Assembly (NCBI GenBank): GCA_964354535.1
Contig: CAYHAJ010000294.1
Location: 5,067 to 69,066, forward strand
From: an uncultured Pirellulales bacterium
GTDB taxonomy: Bacteria; Planctomycetota; Phycisphaerae; Sedimentisphaerales; Anaerobacaceae
Reading direction: 5' to 3'
DNA: 64,000 nucleotides
In this document: one piece after another, positions 63,677 through 64,000 of the stretch
How positions within the stretch are numbered: the first letter of the stretch is position 1
How the letters are laid out: each line of letters starts with the position of its first letter
The notes under the pieces: model-generated
What the model was told of the DNA's origin: nothing
The model's database searches: none
What the model saw: the letters and a program-made list of their open reading frames with translations, nothing else
Translations under genes and position numbers: made by a program

Positions 63677-63933
63677 TACTCCAGCGGGTCGATGCTTTCC
63701 AGCGGACGCCTCGTTCTCGCCCGTTCCCAATCCTGCATCAACTCGTCTTTGTGAAGGTCCAGCCATTCCAGCACCAAACGAACAGCCCGTTTCGGAAACC
63801 GGCCGTGGATCACACCGGTTTCGATGTCCACCGTAACGTCATAGTCGCCGTACGTCGCATGGAAATGCGCCGGCGTGTGATCCCGGTAGAACATACCGAT
63901 TACTATCCCAAGGAATCGCGATATTTCCGGCAT
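63676..63933 (-). CDS. DUF4160 domain protein
   Basis: MPEISRFLGIVIGMFYRDHTPAHFHATYGDYDVTVDIETG is the canonical DUF4160 N-terminus. Confidence 0.85.
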   Translation of the reverse strand: MPEISRFLGIVIGMFYRDHTPAHFHATYGDYDVTVDIETGVIHGRFPKRAVRLVLEWLDLHKDELMQDWERARTRRPLESIDPLE

Positions 63934-64000
63934 GAGACTATTCTACCGGACGACTCGGGTTAAGGCAAGCCCTCATGCCGGCAGGTCGAGGGTTCGCTTG

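Overview
All calls come from reading the ORF translations and the nucleotide sequence by eye. No database search, GC calculation or RNA folding was run.

This is a high-GC bacterial chromosomal segment. The gene content points to a Planctomycetota/PVC-like, probably anaerobic, polysaccharide degrader (inference only). That content includes a Cys-type sulfatase plus an anaerobic sulfatase maturase, many Sec/Tat-secreted DUF1080, GH172, GH42, beta-helix and GLUG proteins, two ClpP genes downstream of trigger factor, and very abundant GC-rich palindromic intergenic repeats.

**Positions 1 to about 44.3 kb** are mostly housekeeping or secreted-enzyme genes:
- ppnP and the gcvT-gcvH-gcvPA-gcvPB operon
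- tig-clpP-clpP and tRNA-Gly(GCC)
- dienelactone hydrolase paralogs
- a cupredoxin-PQQ dehydrogenase-CHRD protein

Small visibly AT-richer inserts interrupt this part: a DUF488 two-gene cassette and higBA.

**Positions about 44.6 to 64 kb** are accessory and repeat-laden. They contain:
- an Mrr-like nuclease-domain gene
- an island-borne deoC plus membrane-protein pair
- a three-gene lipoprotein operon bracketed by about 120-nt direct repeats
- a PIN/AbrB toxin-antitoxin (TA) cassette, also bracketed by direct repeats
- a consensus sigma70-like promoter firing into a 12-unit non-CRISPR repeat array
- tRNA-Gly(UCC) and proA, whose 3-prime end is duplicated around an inserted MntA/HepT module
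- a second MNT with a decayed HEPN partner
- a histidine kinase / receiver / putative caspase-like three-gene operon
- a DUF4160/DUF2442 pair

No CRISPR array, cas gene, integrase, transposase or rRNA was seen.

The best candidates for something undescribed are the promoter-driven repeat array (52.09-53.01 kb), the HK-REC-caspase-like operon (58.2-62.6 kb), the DUF488 cassette (25.0-26.2 kb) and the AT-rich island genes at 44.8-50.2 kb.
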